Below are positions 29,981-45,576 of a DNA stretch of 64,000 bases, piece by piece (positions within the stretch are counted from its first letter, which is position 1; each line of letters begins with the position of its first letter). The translations under genes were made by a program, and so were the position numbers. Origin of the DNA: the human T2T-CHM13v2.0 reference genome, Homo sapiens. The notes below the pieces were generated by a model. That model made no database searches and was not told the origin of the DNA. It worked only from the letters and a program-made list of their open reading frames with translations. The stretch is taken from NCBI RefSeq assembly GCF_009914755.1, contig NC_060928.1. The stretch is one strand, 5' to 3'.

Positions 29981-32900
29981 TTTCATTGATGCAACAAATT
30001 TCAAAGCCTGGGTATAAATAAAAGTCAACATTTTACCCTGAATTATCAAGGCGACCAACAGGAACCAGTTGTAGGGTGATGCAACCTTTAAATAATGTTT
30101 TATTTGAAGCTATTCTAATAGCTATTGGGAAGCCATATCAACTATACACTTCTGTAGGATCTAACAAATACAATTTGCCCAAATGTATTTGCTTTTGGCA
30201 GTCATCTCTAAATCAGCCAGTGATGGCACATACTGTAACTCGATTCTGTATTTTCAGAATTTGTGCTGCCATTTGGGAATCTGAACTTTGACATTATTGG
30301 AATGAGCAATTCTAATGTTTTGGGAAGGTGGGGAGAAGTAAATCAACAGGCATGTAATTGGTTTCGATACTGTGCTTTTCAAAACTGAAATGTTTGCAAT
30401 GCTGTTATTAGCTGAGATACTGTAGATAGTTTTACATGTTGGGAACAATTAACACGTGTCCTGTGGGTCTGATTATTAGCGTTAAGGAAGTTCTGCTCTG
30501 TGTAAACCCCAAAGCAAAGCCTCCAGGAAAGTTAAAGGTCCCTGTTCTACCATTAAAATGGGAAAGTAATGTGCCCTTTTTTGATTGACTATAAACTTTG
30601 ACTTGTGGGACTTTGTTCTCCAAGGTGAAAACAAACATGAGTACAAGACAAGTTGTTTTCCTTAAAAATTCAATCTTTAGCAGAAACCATGTATCAGAAA
30701 ATTTCTTAAAATAAAACTAAATCAGTATTGCCTTTATGGCTAACACAGGAAAAAAACAAGTTAAAAAGCTAAGGTGGCAATTTTCCTTAAAATACAGCAC
30801 AGAAAAAATTTTGCATGTTTAGGACATTGCCCAGAAGACTGATAAATTTGATATTTGATATGTGAAACCGTTGGAGGCATTGCATGAAAAGTTGTAATTA
30901 TAAAAGATTTTAGGAGTAATTAAATGATTGAACGTAAATTTATGAGACATCCTGGTTTTTATGTGTCATAGATCCTTGAAATACAAAAGTAATTAGGTGA
31001 GATTCACACAAACACAGTAAATTAAATGTATTACTAGTAATGTAGAGTAATATTCAGATTCTCCATTATATGTGAGTAGAAAGAGAGTCGTAAACCTGGC
31101 CTTCTGCTCCCAGCTTCTTTCCTAACACCAAATAACTAACCTGAGGCCCAGTTTCCTCACATGTAAAGTGAAAAACATGGACTACAAGAGTTCAGTCTTC
31201 TATAAGTGCTGGAAACCTCGACGATCCTGAAGTTAATCTTTTAATAAGTTTAATCTTATGTGTTTATTTATTTTTATTTTTTTCTCATGGACTCAGGTCA
31301 CAAATATGTTTAATCTTTTGTGTAGTTGTTTGATTATGTTTTTTTTTTTTTCTCAAGATGAAGGAGAAAAGGAACAGAAAGAAGTGTGATGTCAAAGTAG
31401 ACAGTATACTCCAAAGTGCCTCGCCTCTGAGTGGATTTAGGAAGGCAGAACCCCCCTCCTCTATATCCTTCCAGTCCTCAAAAGACAGGTGGGGGGCATT
31501 GTTCCTCTAGCAACTATCACCCAAGGCAAAGAGTTAGTCTCTTCAAAACACAGGGAAATCCTGGTGTCAAAATGGAAAGTGCTGGGCTAAAGAAGTGGTT
31601 TCTGCCTCTGTCACAAACAGCCTCGTGGCTCTGAACAAATTCCACAGCCTCGGTAGGCCTGTTATCTTCCATAGTGGAAGGACGGCTTTCCAGCTCTTTC
31701 TTTTTTTCATCCAAAGAACCTGTGTTTTGGGTATAATGACCTAACTTACCTAGTATTTTGAGGTTAAGTTTCCTTTAATTTGCCAAAAATATTATCATTC
31801 CAAGTGAAAATAGAGAGCTCCAAAGTCAAGACCAAGTTTGTCATTTTTAAACCCCCACAGGCCAGAGCTGGACCTTCCCTCCAAGAAAGGAAATAAAAGA
31901 GCTAGGCACATGGTCAGGCAAACTGTTAAAGCTGTGGGAAGACAGAGAGATTAGACATTTTTCTACCAAAGGCAAGAAACTTGTAAGAGGAAAGTGAAGA
32001 AAATAAAATTAGAGGCAAAGGGAAGAAGTGGGGGAGGAAGAAGGAAATAGAATAAGTGCAGCCCCTCCGGCCCGGCCGTCTTTGAAGTGAGGCCAGAACT
32101 ACCGCAAAGGATTGTGGGAGACGAGGTCAAGAGAAAAAGTAGATGGAGACCCTTTGCTCAGAGGTTAATAGTTACGTGTCAGAAGTGTTTTATCAGAGTA
32201 AAATGCCCTGTGCATTTTTAGATACTTTTTAGAGGAGTAAACCAATTCTGTGGAAGTTTCCCAAGGTCCTTAGGAAAGAGGAGTTCTATGGTTTATAACC
32301 TAAAAAAAACAAAAATAACGGTATTTTGGAATTACAGAGTCTGTTTTAATTAGCAATAACAACAAACTATGGAAGAGACCTGGTATTTCATATTTAAAAT
32401 GGGTTCGAAACAAACTAGTTTTGTTTTTACTTTGGGGTGCAAGGGGTGGGCGAGTGAAGCCTCTGATCGTGATCTGGAGAGCCCATTAATTGCTCACCAG
32501 CATCTGCTCTGTTTCTACAAGTTCTGTGCCATGTAGCACTGTAAATTATGAATGAGAAAGATGATCTTTGCTCTTCTTAGGACTTCTGACTCCTAAGCCA
32601 TGCTAGACAAAGGTCATAGCTGAGGTGAATTTCAGTTAGCTTTGGCAAAACCCATTTTCTTGTTCAGATAGCTGAATAGATGGTTGTGCAAAATTAGCAA
32701 AGGTTACTATGGGAGCATTAAGAAAGTTTACCAAAAGGGTAGCAGACAGTAGTTCAAGCAATATTTCCTTGAATGAGTTATCCAAAGGGCTTCAAATCAT
32801 AAGTTCCAGGGAGATAGTTTTTTGTTTTGTTTTGTTTTTAAAATAAGAATACTAAACATTTTCCTTTATGTTTGGCTTATTTCTTTGTGTGAAAGTGATG

Positions 32901-34686
32901 CGGTCGAGTTTTTATTTGTGTAGCTCTCCTGGAACATGCTGTCACGCAGCCACTCACATGATTAAGAGGGCTCGCAGGAAACCTCCACCTCTGACTGTTT
33001 AATTTACCAGGACTTTTAAAAGCAAGACTGATAAAATTCATAAATTTATCACATCTCTAGCGGCTGATGACACTCATCAAGTCTGTTCCTGAAACTCTTT
33101 GGTTCTGTGCTTTTGTAAAGCGGGGTCACTGATGACAAACCTAATGCAGAACGATCAAGTCATAACTAACTTTTAAATGTTTCCTTGAAGGTTAAGACCA
33201 GAGGATCTGAATAAAAAAGTAGCAGGATCCTTGCTCTGATCTTTCCTGACATTTCCCAAATCCACAAGGCAGAGGGCATGGTGCAGGGTTGGAGAGTAAA
33301 CTGTTCCATACTCAGCTCTCAATGAGGAGCACCGGCAAGCTAGTTTTTGCAGGCAGGTAAAGAAATAAACATACACACATTATGGGACTAATATTTGATT
33401 TGCCTGTGGGTGTATTTTTAATAAGCTTATCAAAAACACATATCTGCAAAGAATATTTAAGAGCACAGGTGTAATAAATAATCATATAATTGCAAAATGC
33501 TGAGATGCAAATTTCTATTGTTTGATGCATTTTTTAAAAAAAATGCTCTCATTCTTCTAGCTTTTCCCAGTACAGCTGTTATACAAAAGGAACTGATTTA
33601 ATTCCTTTTAGGATTATGAAGATGGTTGGAAGCCTGTTTAAGATTATGTTGCCTCGTCTTTTAATTGTTGGTCAACATTTCAAATAGAATGCAATATATT
33701 TTGTGCCCGATGACAAGCAAACTACATGTTTCTTATAGGATGGATGGTTACTTGTCTTTGTAAAACCAAATATCATTCTCTGAAAAGCAGGTCAGGTAAT
33801 GCTAGCCTTAGTTAATAGCTGGGGGTACCTTGAGTACCTCTCAAATCAATAATGACAGAGGTAGCCTGATAGCAATTTATGAACCACAGTCCTCTTGGGA
33901 AACATATTTCAAACCATAACTTCATCTAAACTGTTTATCGGCTAAGCTTGCTCAAATGTATGAAGTGTCAAAAAGTTTCTTTGACATTAGGCTTGTTATT
34001 GTCCTTTGATTTATGCACTTAAGCAAAATGCAGTAAATAAAAAGATTGGTGGTTTAGTATTTTAAGGAAATGATTAGAAACATTTGCCAATGCTATTCAT
34101 TTTATACAGTTTTTCTTTCCAAATTACAAAAATAGTGTTTCAATTCAGTGAATGGCTTCACCATAACAAAATCTTAAATGATCATTATAGTAAGTGGAAA
34201 TGCTGATGAAGTTACTATGAAATAGTTTAAAAACTGTGAAGTAAATATGTAATGCTCATATATAAAGCATTTGTCTCTCTCCTTTAATTTCATATGCCTG
34301 GCAGTTTACAAAATGTCCCATAATAATCTAAGGCACATTTATGGTTGTGAATTTACCTTATTAAAAACATAGTTGGTTTTTGCAGAAACTTTCATATGAA
34401 AAATACAGAGGACAATTCTCTTGGAAAGCATCCTTCAAGAAAATTATTGGGCTTAGACGAAACATTTTGATTTGCTAGGAAATGAAAATACTGACTTTTC
34501 AGATTTCTTGATGATGGAATATTCTAGAGGTACAAAATGCATCCAAAGTCAAACTCTAAGACAAATCTTTTAAACAAGATTTCATTTCAGTATTGTAGTT
34601 TATGATTTTACATTTCATTTCAGTTTGAAGCTTTTCATTCTTACAATTGCTTAACCACATTTTCATATTAGGCAACTCTAGGCAGT

Positions 34687-34712
<26 letters not shown>
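34687..34712. repeat. (TA)n microsatellite
   Basis: About 13 TA units. Confidence 0.95.
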
Positions 34713-34719
<7 letters not shown>

Positions 34720-35829
34720 TGGCCAAGGATTCCAAATGATTGCATGAGTTTTTAAAAGCTTATTTAAAAAAACAGATATAAATGCAATTCACTTGCACAT
34801 TGTAGGCAAACAAGAAACCTAATGGAGACAGACACATTTTAATGCACAGGTTGCTTATATGAGGCTTTATGTGTCCAATATATGTTTTTCTGAGTACTTA
34901 ACTACTAAGCTGATGGGTACCAGAAAAAAAGTCACAGATATAAAAGAACAAATGAGTTCACAGATATCTATACCAGAATTGTTAACTTAGCGAATGTTTC
35001 CTTGAAAACAGGATATAGTGAATCTGCATATATTTAATGGAAAGTGGTTGTATTTACTGGAGAATTAGGAGAAATGACTTCTTAATGGAGCCAGAAGTTC
35101 TGATCTGCTATCCTTCAAAGAAAGACTGTTTCCCAGGCTGGCCAAAATTCCTATGGAGCAACCTATGCCTATTGATAAGTTATCGGATTCCTCTCCGGAA
35201 TCAGCTGGTCAGGAAGGATACAGAGGGGAGGAAGGGGAAGGGAGAGGAGATTCCGATAGTGGCGCTGTCTGATTGCCAAGGTAGGAGTGGGTGGAGAGTT
35301 GAGAAAGGAATAGTAAGAGAGGTAAAAGGAAAGAGAACAGGAAAGAAGAGAAAAATCAAAAAGAAACAAAGCAGAGGCCAAGCAGGGTGATAATAGCCAT
35401 ATAGAAAGGGCATCCTTGTAAATGGAACAGCATTCCAGATCTCCAGGCTCATTAGAATGGGGGATTGCTCACCTGGATTGCATGAACTTCTCAAGTCTCT
35501 GAACCCACTGAAATTGTATACATATTTTGGGAGTATGTATATGTGCATTTTTTTCTGCCTGGGGAAAGTATTCTTTTCTTTGATCTGATTCACCAAGGGG
35601 TCCAAGACTCAATAAAATTTAAGAACTACTAATTTAGTGGGATTATACACAAATTTTAAAGACAAGTGTCTTTAAAGGAGTCATCGAATGCTTAAGATTG
35701 ACTGTACATAATCCAAGAATGTTACCATCTAGTATTAAGTTGTATATTCTGGGAAGAGTATCCCAGAATATCCCATGTCTTTCAGACATGTAGAATGATA
35801 GCTGTTCATTGAAATGCTATTAAAATAAG

Positions 35830-36108
35830 TTTTTTTGAGACAAGGTCTCACTCTGTCGCCCAGGCTGGAATGCAGTGGTGTGATCAGGCTTACTGCAGCC
35901 TCTACCTCCTGAGCTCAAGTGATCCTCCCACCTCAGCCTCCTGAGTAGCTGGGACTATAGGCACGTGCCACTATGCCTGGCTAATTTTTTTTGTAATTTT
36001 GTAGACACAGGGTTTCGCCATGTTGCCTAGGCTGGTCTTGAACTTCTGGGTTCAAGGGATCCACTAACCCAAGTGCTGGGATTACAGGAGTGAACCACTG
36101 CCCTGGCC
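35830..36108 (-). mobile_element. AluJ SINE
   Basis: Antisense J-type dimer with a small deletion. Confidence 0.92.
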
Positions 36109-36189
36109 TTCAGCCAAATACTATTGATTGACCATTTGCACTAAGTTAAGTCAGCATTTTTCTCATTGAGTGCCCTGGGAGTGTGGAGA

Positions 36190-36625
36190 AACAGTGTGGT
36201 ATGGGGGAAAGGGCATTAATTTGGAGCCAGATATTTCTGGGACTCAGGTACTATATGGAATTCAAACTAGTTTAGTGAAACTAGGAGGCTGATATGGCCT
36301 CCTTAACTCTGTATCCTCTTCTGTAAATGAAGAGGATGATCATTACTTCATAGGGCTGTTGTAGAAATGAAAAGAAATGCAATACTAGCCTACATTTATT
36401 GGATACTTACTATCTCTCATTCACTATGATATGTTTTCTGTGCTTTATGCAATTTAATCTTCTCAACAATTTGATGAGATTGATGTTATATTTATTTCTA
36501 TTTTACAGATGGGGAAATTGAGGCAGAGAAGCCAAGACATGTGCTAAAGGTCATGCAGGCTATGAATGGAGCTGGAATGTGAACGCAGGCCATATGACCC
36601 CAGAGCCCATGTTCTTGAACCCTTA
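36190..36625. mobile_element. Two MIRs tail-to-tail (+ ~36190-36385, - ~36390-36625)
   Basis: ctgtaaatgaagaggatgatcattacttcatagggctgttg, then attttacagatggggaaattgaggcagagaa. Confidence 0.7.
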
Positions 36626-36859
36626 GAAAGACAGCAGCAACACACCTGGTGCAGCAGCTGCTTAGTTGGAGTGGCTGACAAGGTTGGCAGAGGATCCCGT
36701 TCCTCCCGTGGAGTGGCTGCCATGATACTGCCTGCACTGAAGCTGCTCCTATTTCTGAAATATGTATTGTTATTTTTTTCCCTGCATGTTGAACATTATA
36801 CTCTTCTGTTCTTTCGCATTCTCTTCTTCCCTTCCGGATGACTTCTAGGGTTTTTGTGA

Positions 36860-37641
<782 letters not shown>

Positions 37642-37726
37642 CTATCAGAATGAGATCTACACAAGTATTATCCTAGCAACACAGGATCCCACCTACTCAA
37701 CACACCTTTAAAAAACTCCTAGAATT

Positions 37727-38053
<327 letters not shown>

Positions 38054-38396
38054 TTAGCCAACTTTCTGTGGGCAATTACATAATGTGAGCAGGCATTATA
38101 TGACTTTGTGCTTTACATTCAAAGAAAGTTCAAAGCTTTTCTTCTTTTGGAGTGGTTTCCTTTTCCCCCAAGGGATCTGGGTAATATTGATGTGTTTAGT
38201 GTATTCAAATCCTAGAAAAGCACATATATAAAAATGTAAGTTTCTTTTAATTAAACCTCCTTTCTTTTTTTGTTTTTTCTTAGTACTGTTCATCAAAAAA
38301 ATGGCCAGGTCTGGACTTAAGGGAATCTTATTCAAAGTTTTGGGAGATTTGAAAAGATATGTCCCCGTTGAAATAGAGTCTTGTTTTTTCTTCTAG

Positions 38397-38490
38397 GAGA
38401 GAATGATTTCCAGGAAGAGCGGAACACATATGGAAGGCCTTAGCTTATCTTTAGCGCCTCATACACCCGTTCTGGACTTCAGAAAGGCCA
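38397..38490 (+). other. Candidate 94-nt exon
   Basis: Acceptor cttgttttttcttctag|G and donor CCA|GTGAGT in unique sequence. Confidence 0.4.
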
Positions 38491-38982
38491 GTGAGTGGGA
38501 TTAGGCCTCAGAGATAGGATGTCAGTCCCAGTGAGGGATGGCCTAGAGCATTCTTTAATTCTTTCCTTTGGGTCACACATAAGAAACAATTTTCCAGCAC
38601 TGATGAGTGTTATTAACAATGAGATGGGATAGAATTTAGTTTTCCCTATGGCTGTGCTTCAAAAATAGAAAAGCTGTCTTTTCTCTGGAATGATTGAATG
38701 AAGCTCTGGGGAGGAAAAGGTGGATTGGCAGATCTCTTAAAGGAAGCTTCTCCTTCTAGGCACTATTCTAAGGCTTAATATTTTAACTCCCTATATTAAC
38801 CTAGTTCAACTAAACAGTGATCTGAGTAATTTTATTTTTATTAAAGCTCAGATCAAAATGCCATTAACATTGATTGAGAAAATCAAAGGAATCTTTGATG
38901 TGAGTGGTTAAATTGCTGAATTATTTCAGTCCCATACCCTCACAGCATGAGTACCTGATCTGATAGACTTCTTTGGAATTCC

Positions 38983-39274
38983 TTTTTTGTTTGAGACAGA
39001 GTCTTGCTCTGTCGCCCAGGCTGGAGTGCAGCGGTGTGATCTCAACCATTGCAACCTCCACCTCCCAGGTTCAAGTGATTCTCATGCCTCAGCCTCCTGA
39101 GTAGCTGGGATTACAGATGTGCACCACCATGCCCGGCTAATTATTTTGTATCTTTAGTAGAGATGAAGTTTTGCCATGTGGGCCAGGCTGTTCTCAAACT
39201 ACTGGCCTCAAGTGATCTGCCCGCCTCGGCCTCCCAGACTGCTGGGATTACAGGCGTGAGGCACCGTGCCTGGC
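38983..39274 (-). mobile_element. AluS SINE
   Basis: Antisense dimer; ggRattcc on both flanks. Confidence 0.95.
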
Positions 39275-39369
39275 TGGGATTCCATAATAAATCCCTCTGT
39301 GTCTATTTCTTTTTTCAAATATAATTTTCTTCATTTCCAAACATCATCTTTAAGACTCCAAGGATTTTT

Positions 39370-39505
39370 CCAGGCACAGTGGCTCATACCTGTAATCCCA
39401 TTGCTTGGAGAGGCCAAGGTGGAAGTTCATTTGAGGCCAGGAGTTCGAGACCAGGTGGGCAACATAGTGAAACCTTGTCTCTACAACATAAAAAAAAAAA
39501 TAAAA
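39370..39505 (+). mobile_element. FLAM_C-like left Alu monomer
   Basis: Left arm only (ttgaggccaggagttcgagacc...gggcaacatagtg) followed by A tail. Confidence 0.85.
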
Positions 39506-40829
39506 CCCTAAGGAAATAATGGTGCCTCACTACCTTTCAAAGCTTTTGACCTTCAAGTCAGAAAATAAATTATTTTTAGGAAAGGCATCTCAACCTTATT
39601 TACAAATGAACTATTTGTCAAGAGCAACCTCTATAAGGATAATAGGACTTCCTGGTTTGAAATGCAGCATGAACAATTCTCAGAGGCTCCTGGAAGACTA
39701 AGAATGAGGTTTCTTGATCCGCCTTCCCTCGGCATCTTCTCACTCTCTTCCCTCCTTCTCAGAAGCTGTGTGCAGCAATGGGCTATGCAACTGGTTTCAC
39801 TGGTGCCTGGTAGAACTTTTAATTCCTCCCTGTCAGCACATCCCTAGTCCACTTTCATAGTTTGGATAAGGACTGGATAAGCAGCTGAACTTCTGGGGAC
39901 TTTTCCAAATGAAATTCAACCTTTAGACCTTTGGAGGTTTACCCAGTCTTCCTCACTACCCGAAGATGAGTTTGGAACAAATTTTCTCTTAATGGATTCT
40001 ATTTGTGGGTAGGAGAGGTAATGACTGCCTTGCTCAGAGTCATGAGCATAACTTCAAATAAGGAAAAAGAGCCTCGCAGGAATGTGAGAATAGATGCGAT
40101 CCTGAGGAAGGTGTGTCTGAGGAGGTGCTGGGAGGTTCTGATCGGCTGTTGAAGGCAGATACTGTATCTCACGTGACAGAAGTCACCTCCTGACATCAGA
40201 GTTGTGTTTGAGTGGTAATTTAAAAAATAATATAGCTGACAAGGAAATGTGGAAGGCATTACGTTGCAATACAGTGAAATGAACATACAACATTCAAGAT
40301 CAATTACCGGGTACTGATTAGCTGGGAGAAAGGCAATAAAACTTTAAAAATAGAATTGGTAGAAATAGCACCCTGTCAAGGTGGGACTGACTATGCCTCC
40401 TGCTGGTTTGTTGCGAGGAATTCTTTTTTTGAGAAAATCCTGTTGAATTGTGTGGCTTGTGAATCTGGCTCTAGAACTGTTAATGTTATAAGAATTGAAA
40501 GAGGACTATTTAAAAATACCAAGACATCTTTTAAAATTCCTATTTTTAGAACAGCTACTTGTCATTAAAATAAATCATTCCATTTCTATTTGTCCAGGTT
40601 ACTGCTTTCACAGCAGGGCCAGGGCTATGGTGAAGTGTGGGAGGTGCCCAGTCCCCTTCACTGCAGTCATGGCTCTGTTTCATGCCACATGTGTTATTTT
40701 ATAAGTGGTTAAGCCCCACATAGGCATGCAAACATGGTACATCTCTATGTATTGGTTTTGGTAATGTTGTAAATAATTGGGAGAATACATTAAAATTTGG
40801 TAATAGTGCTCCTTTGGACTCAGTCTCTC

Positions 40830-41066
<237 letters not shown>

Positions 41067-41109
41067 CCAGTTCTAATTCCCCAACAGAGTTGTCTTGGTT
41101 GCAGTGAGA

Positions 41110-41186
41110 TATATATATATATATATATTTTGAGATGGGGTCTCGCTCTGTCGCCCAGGCTGGAGAGCAGTGGCGCGATCTTGGCT
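41110..41186 (-). mobile_element. Very short 5'-truncated Alu with (TA)n tail
   Basis: Only ~56 nt of the Alu 3' end; flanked by ttgcagtgaga direct repeats. Confidence 0.8.
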
Positions 41187-42669
41187 TGCAGTGAGACATT
41201 TTTATCCATCCTGATCACAGCACTTGCCTCCGGGCTCATGAAGCCCAGCATGTTACTGCTGTTCTGAACGTCTCTGCTTTTTGAGAGACATGTTTAATGA
41301 ATTGGGAGTATCTGTGCACATTGCATTCACTTAAAAAGGGAAAAATACCTTTTAACAGTTATAGCTACAGAAATTCAATTTAGTTTATTTAGGAGGAAAT
41401 GAGAGACTTGAATTGTAGGTGTGAAATCTTACAATCTTTCAGAATGATTTGGTTTGGGGGATGGTTGGAACTGCATGGAATTCCTTCAGCCAAAATAATT
41501 TTTGTGAGCACATTCCCAAGCTCACGATCATGTTTTGATAAGAAAAATCCCTTTCTCCACAAGTTCTCAGGTCCCACTCATTGGCCCCTGCCCTCATTTC
41601 TGGAACCTATGTTAGGCAGTTATGTGGCTCAGTTCTTGGTGATATGTTTTCAATTTGAGTCAACTTGATGAGAGAAAAATTACTAAAAAGTGGGAATGAG
41701 CTGTGAGGTGAACAGGGTTTTCCTATCAAAGTGGAGGTATTTTTAAAAGCATTTATTATTTCAAACTCAAACATTTATAGAAAGCCATGAGTGTGAAGTG
41801 TATGATTACCAGTTGTGGCTTGCTGCATTGAAAAATTCAAGTTCATAGGAAATATTTACTGAGGCTCTGGTTTGCAAGCAGTTTGTTCAAGAGAACAATT
41901 TGGTCCAGAAGGCATGTCAGCCAAAAAAGAGTTTACTAATATAGTAGTAACAGGCAATTAGGATTCATAAGCATCGCCATGGCTGAGACATGATTTAAGG
42001 TCTTAGATGGAAAGAGTTCTGTTATTAAGATAACAGAATTTAAATGCTGTATCTGTCTAGGTCTTATGCATGTCAGAAGTGAGAAAACTACTCCTTCATT
42101 TTCCATTTTTATGAGCTCTGATGTAACACAGTTTTTTTTTTTTTCTGTGTTGAAAATGATGAATATAGTTCTTGGCACATTTGTTCCATAGTAAAGAAGA
42201 ATTTAACTTGCAAGTGAAAAACCTCTGCCTTTGGCCATGGATTAAAAAGATGTTATATGATGAAGTTTACTTCCTAAGGAAAGGTTAGTTTTGTGTGGCA
42301 CTTTCTGAAAATTTGTTTGGGACATATACAATTCTTTTGTATAAATTCTGGAGGTCTGAGGAAAATTACTTAATCACATTAGATGAGAACATTTCTTTTT
42401 GTGTGAATTGAGTTCTTATCAAGGTTCTGATGTTTTTTCTCATGTATTTGCCCTTGGGTTCATCTCAATACAATGCATTTGTGTACTATTGAATAAAAAG
42501 CAGGCTGCAACAGTATTTATGACATATGATCCTATATACACGTAAAATCTTGTGTGTGTGTTTGTGTGTGCACATGCATATAAAAAAAACTACATTGTTA
42601 AAGTTGTTAATAGTTAACTCCCGGTGGTGGGTTTTAAGTGATTATTATTTTCTTTGTATAAGAAAAATA

Positions 42670-43085
42670 GTGCACAGTTTTCTTTTGTTGTTACGAAAGG
42701 TGTCATACATTTGAAAGAGGACATATGCACAGTTTAAATAATAATAACATAGTGAATACCCACTGCTTGGCTGAAAAAAATAATTTATTACTCTGTTGCA
42801 GAAGGCAAGCCTTCCTTCTGCCCCTGCCTCTGTCATGGAGGTAGCTACTTGCTTGAATTTTGTGCTAATCATGTCTTTGCTTTCTTATATAGTTTAGCCA
42901 GCTGTGAATGTCTCCATAAAACATACACAGTTTTATTTTGATTGTTTTTGAACTTTAAATAAATGAAATCATACTGGATATATTCTTCTGTGACTTTTCC
43001 TTTTTTTTTGCTTCTTATTTTTTGGTCATTCATCCATGTCAATGTGTGTATCTGATTTTTTTTCTTTGAATGTGAAAAATATTTC
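42670..43085 (-). mobile_element. Old L1M 3' fragment
   Basis: aaatgaaatcatactggatatattcttctgtgactt...cattcatccatgt. Confidence 0.6.
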
Positions 43086-43605
43086 AATCACACAGATCAA
43101 TCAAGTTACAGTCATTTTGAAAAAGGAAAACCTCATACGTACATTTAAAAATATGTGCTGAAACAGTGCTGAAATAACCAGGCTTTTGTGAGTGAAAATT
43201 TTTTTAATCCATTCATATATGTCCACATGTTGATGGTATAACAGCTGCCTTCAGAATATTATTTTTAGGGATCACTGGCTGCACCCATAACACAGAAATG
43301 CCTCCTTTTCCTGCCCCTGCCATTAAGCCACTGTGTCTGAAATTCAACCATTAGCTATTTTTCCCTGAGGATTTTAGGAACTGTCTTCCAAAAGAGAAAT
43401 TGTGTCATGCGGCGATTCAACATGAGCTAGTTTAGCCAGTGATCAGCTTTATTACCTTGACAGAGAAAGAGCAGGTCTTAAGGAGCAGAGGAAGGGGGTG
43501 GGGGTAGCTTTAGACCTTGAAATGTTTAGAGGGCGAGCTTCAGTGTGGCACTGAAATGAGGACTCAGAATAAACAAGGTATGGAATCAGTCTTAGGGTTC
43601 ATCCG

Positions 43606-44088
43606 CATACACAGTGGAATACTATGCAGCCATACCATGTTGCTGTCATTTGCAGCAACATGGATGAATATGGAGGCCCTTAAGTTAGGTGAAATAAACC
43701 AGGCACGGAAAGACACATACTGCGTGATCCCACTGATATGTGAAATCCAAAAAGTTGAACCCACAGAGGCAGAGAGTTGAAATGGCGGTTGCCAGGGGCC
43801 TGTGAGGGTGGGGAGAAACAGTGTTGTTGATCAAAAGAGACAATATTTCAGTTAGTCAGAAAGAATAAATTCAAGAGATCTATTTACCGGGCGGTGACCG
43901 CAGGTAATAATAATGTATGGTGTATTTGAAAATTGCTGAGAGTTTTTCAGTGTTTTCACCATAGATAAATATGTGAAATAACATGTATATTAATTAGCTT
44001 GATTGAGCCATTTCACAACATATACATATTTCAAAACATGGAATTGAACACCATAAATATATAGAACTTTTATTTGTGTATTCAAAAG
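43606..44088 (+). mobile_element. L1MA8/9-like LINE-1 3' end
   Basis: ctgtcatttgcagcaacatggatgaa...aataaattcaagagatcta...ttaattagcttgattgagccatttcacaa. Confidence 0.85.
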
Positions 44089-45025
44089 AGTTTGGGAATC
44101 GTAAAGGAAAGCAAAGATGCAGTGAAGAGGCAACATCCAGGTGTATGCGATGCAGAGAAAGGAGTTGGGAATGCAACACTTTAGCCACTTGATGACCGTG
44201 CCCATATGCAGTGACAAGCACTTCTTGAGTACCTAGTGTATCAGGTTTTGTGCTAGGCATTCACAATTGAAAATATAAGAAGTAAGGCAGTCCTTTCTTT
44301 TAAAGAACTCATGGCCTAGCGGAGGAATAAGATACACCAGCAATCTTTGCTCCAGGTCCCAGATGATTACTGAGTGGGCACAAAAGAAGAATGGACTGGT
44401 AGTAGGGGAGACTTCAAAAAGGAGTGATGCTTGAAGGATGCGTCTGGTGGGCATAGAAGGGGAGGTCATTCCCATCAGAGAGAAGGCCATTTACAGAGGT
44501 ACAGGGGTATGAGATTATGGAGTCCAGTGACTTGCTGACACATGTGACTGGAGTGGTGGGGCCATCCTGCACCGCCAAAGTGATGGCTCTGCAGCCTGAC
44601 CTTGTCACTCGCCCATTTGAAATCATGCCATACCTCTCCTGCACAGCACATATTATTACACTTGGCCTCGGTCCCACCTCTCCTACTGTGCTTCTCAAAT
44701 TAGTTTCCTTAAATGGTTCTCTGCATCACAACTTTCTTATTTATAAAAATAGAGAATGACATCAGAGCACCTAAACTCAGCTTTCTGTTTTTTTCCACAG
44801 AGATCCTGGCAAATGGGTGTTTCTTCCCAGAAAGGGATTTTTCTCCATGACTGCAGTTGAATTGCAGAGTTGTAGAGACATCCAGGTTCTTGTTAGTGTG
44901 GACGAACTATCCATGAAGATCTTAAATGCAGGAGTCTATGAGAACACCAATTAATCAATTGTCAAATATTTGAGTATCTATTGTGAGCAAGGCACTGTAT
45001 AACCATTATGTCATGTATTAATCTA

Positions 45026-45576
<551 letters not shown>

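Noticed and set aside
33060-33150. TGATGA/CTGA motifs suggesting a C/D snoRNA
   Set aside because: Spacing and terminal stem do not fit
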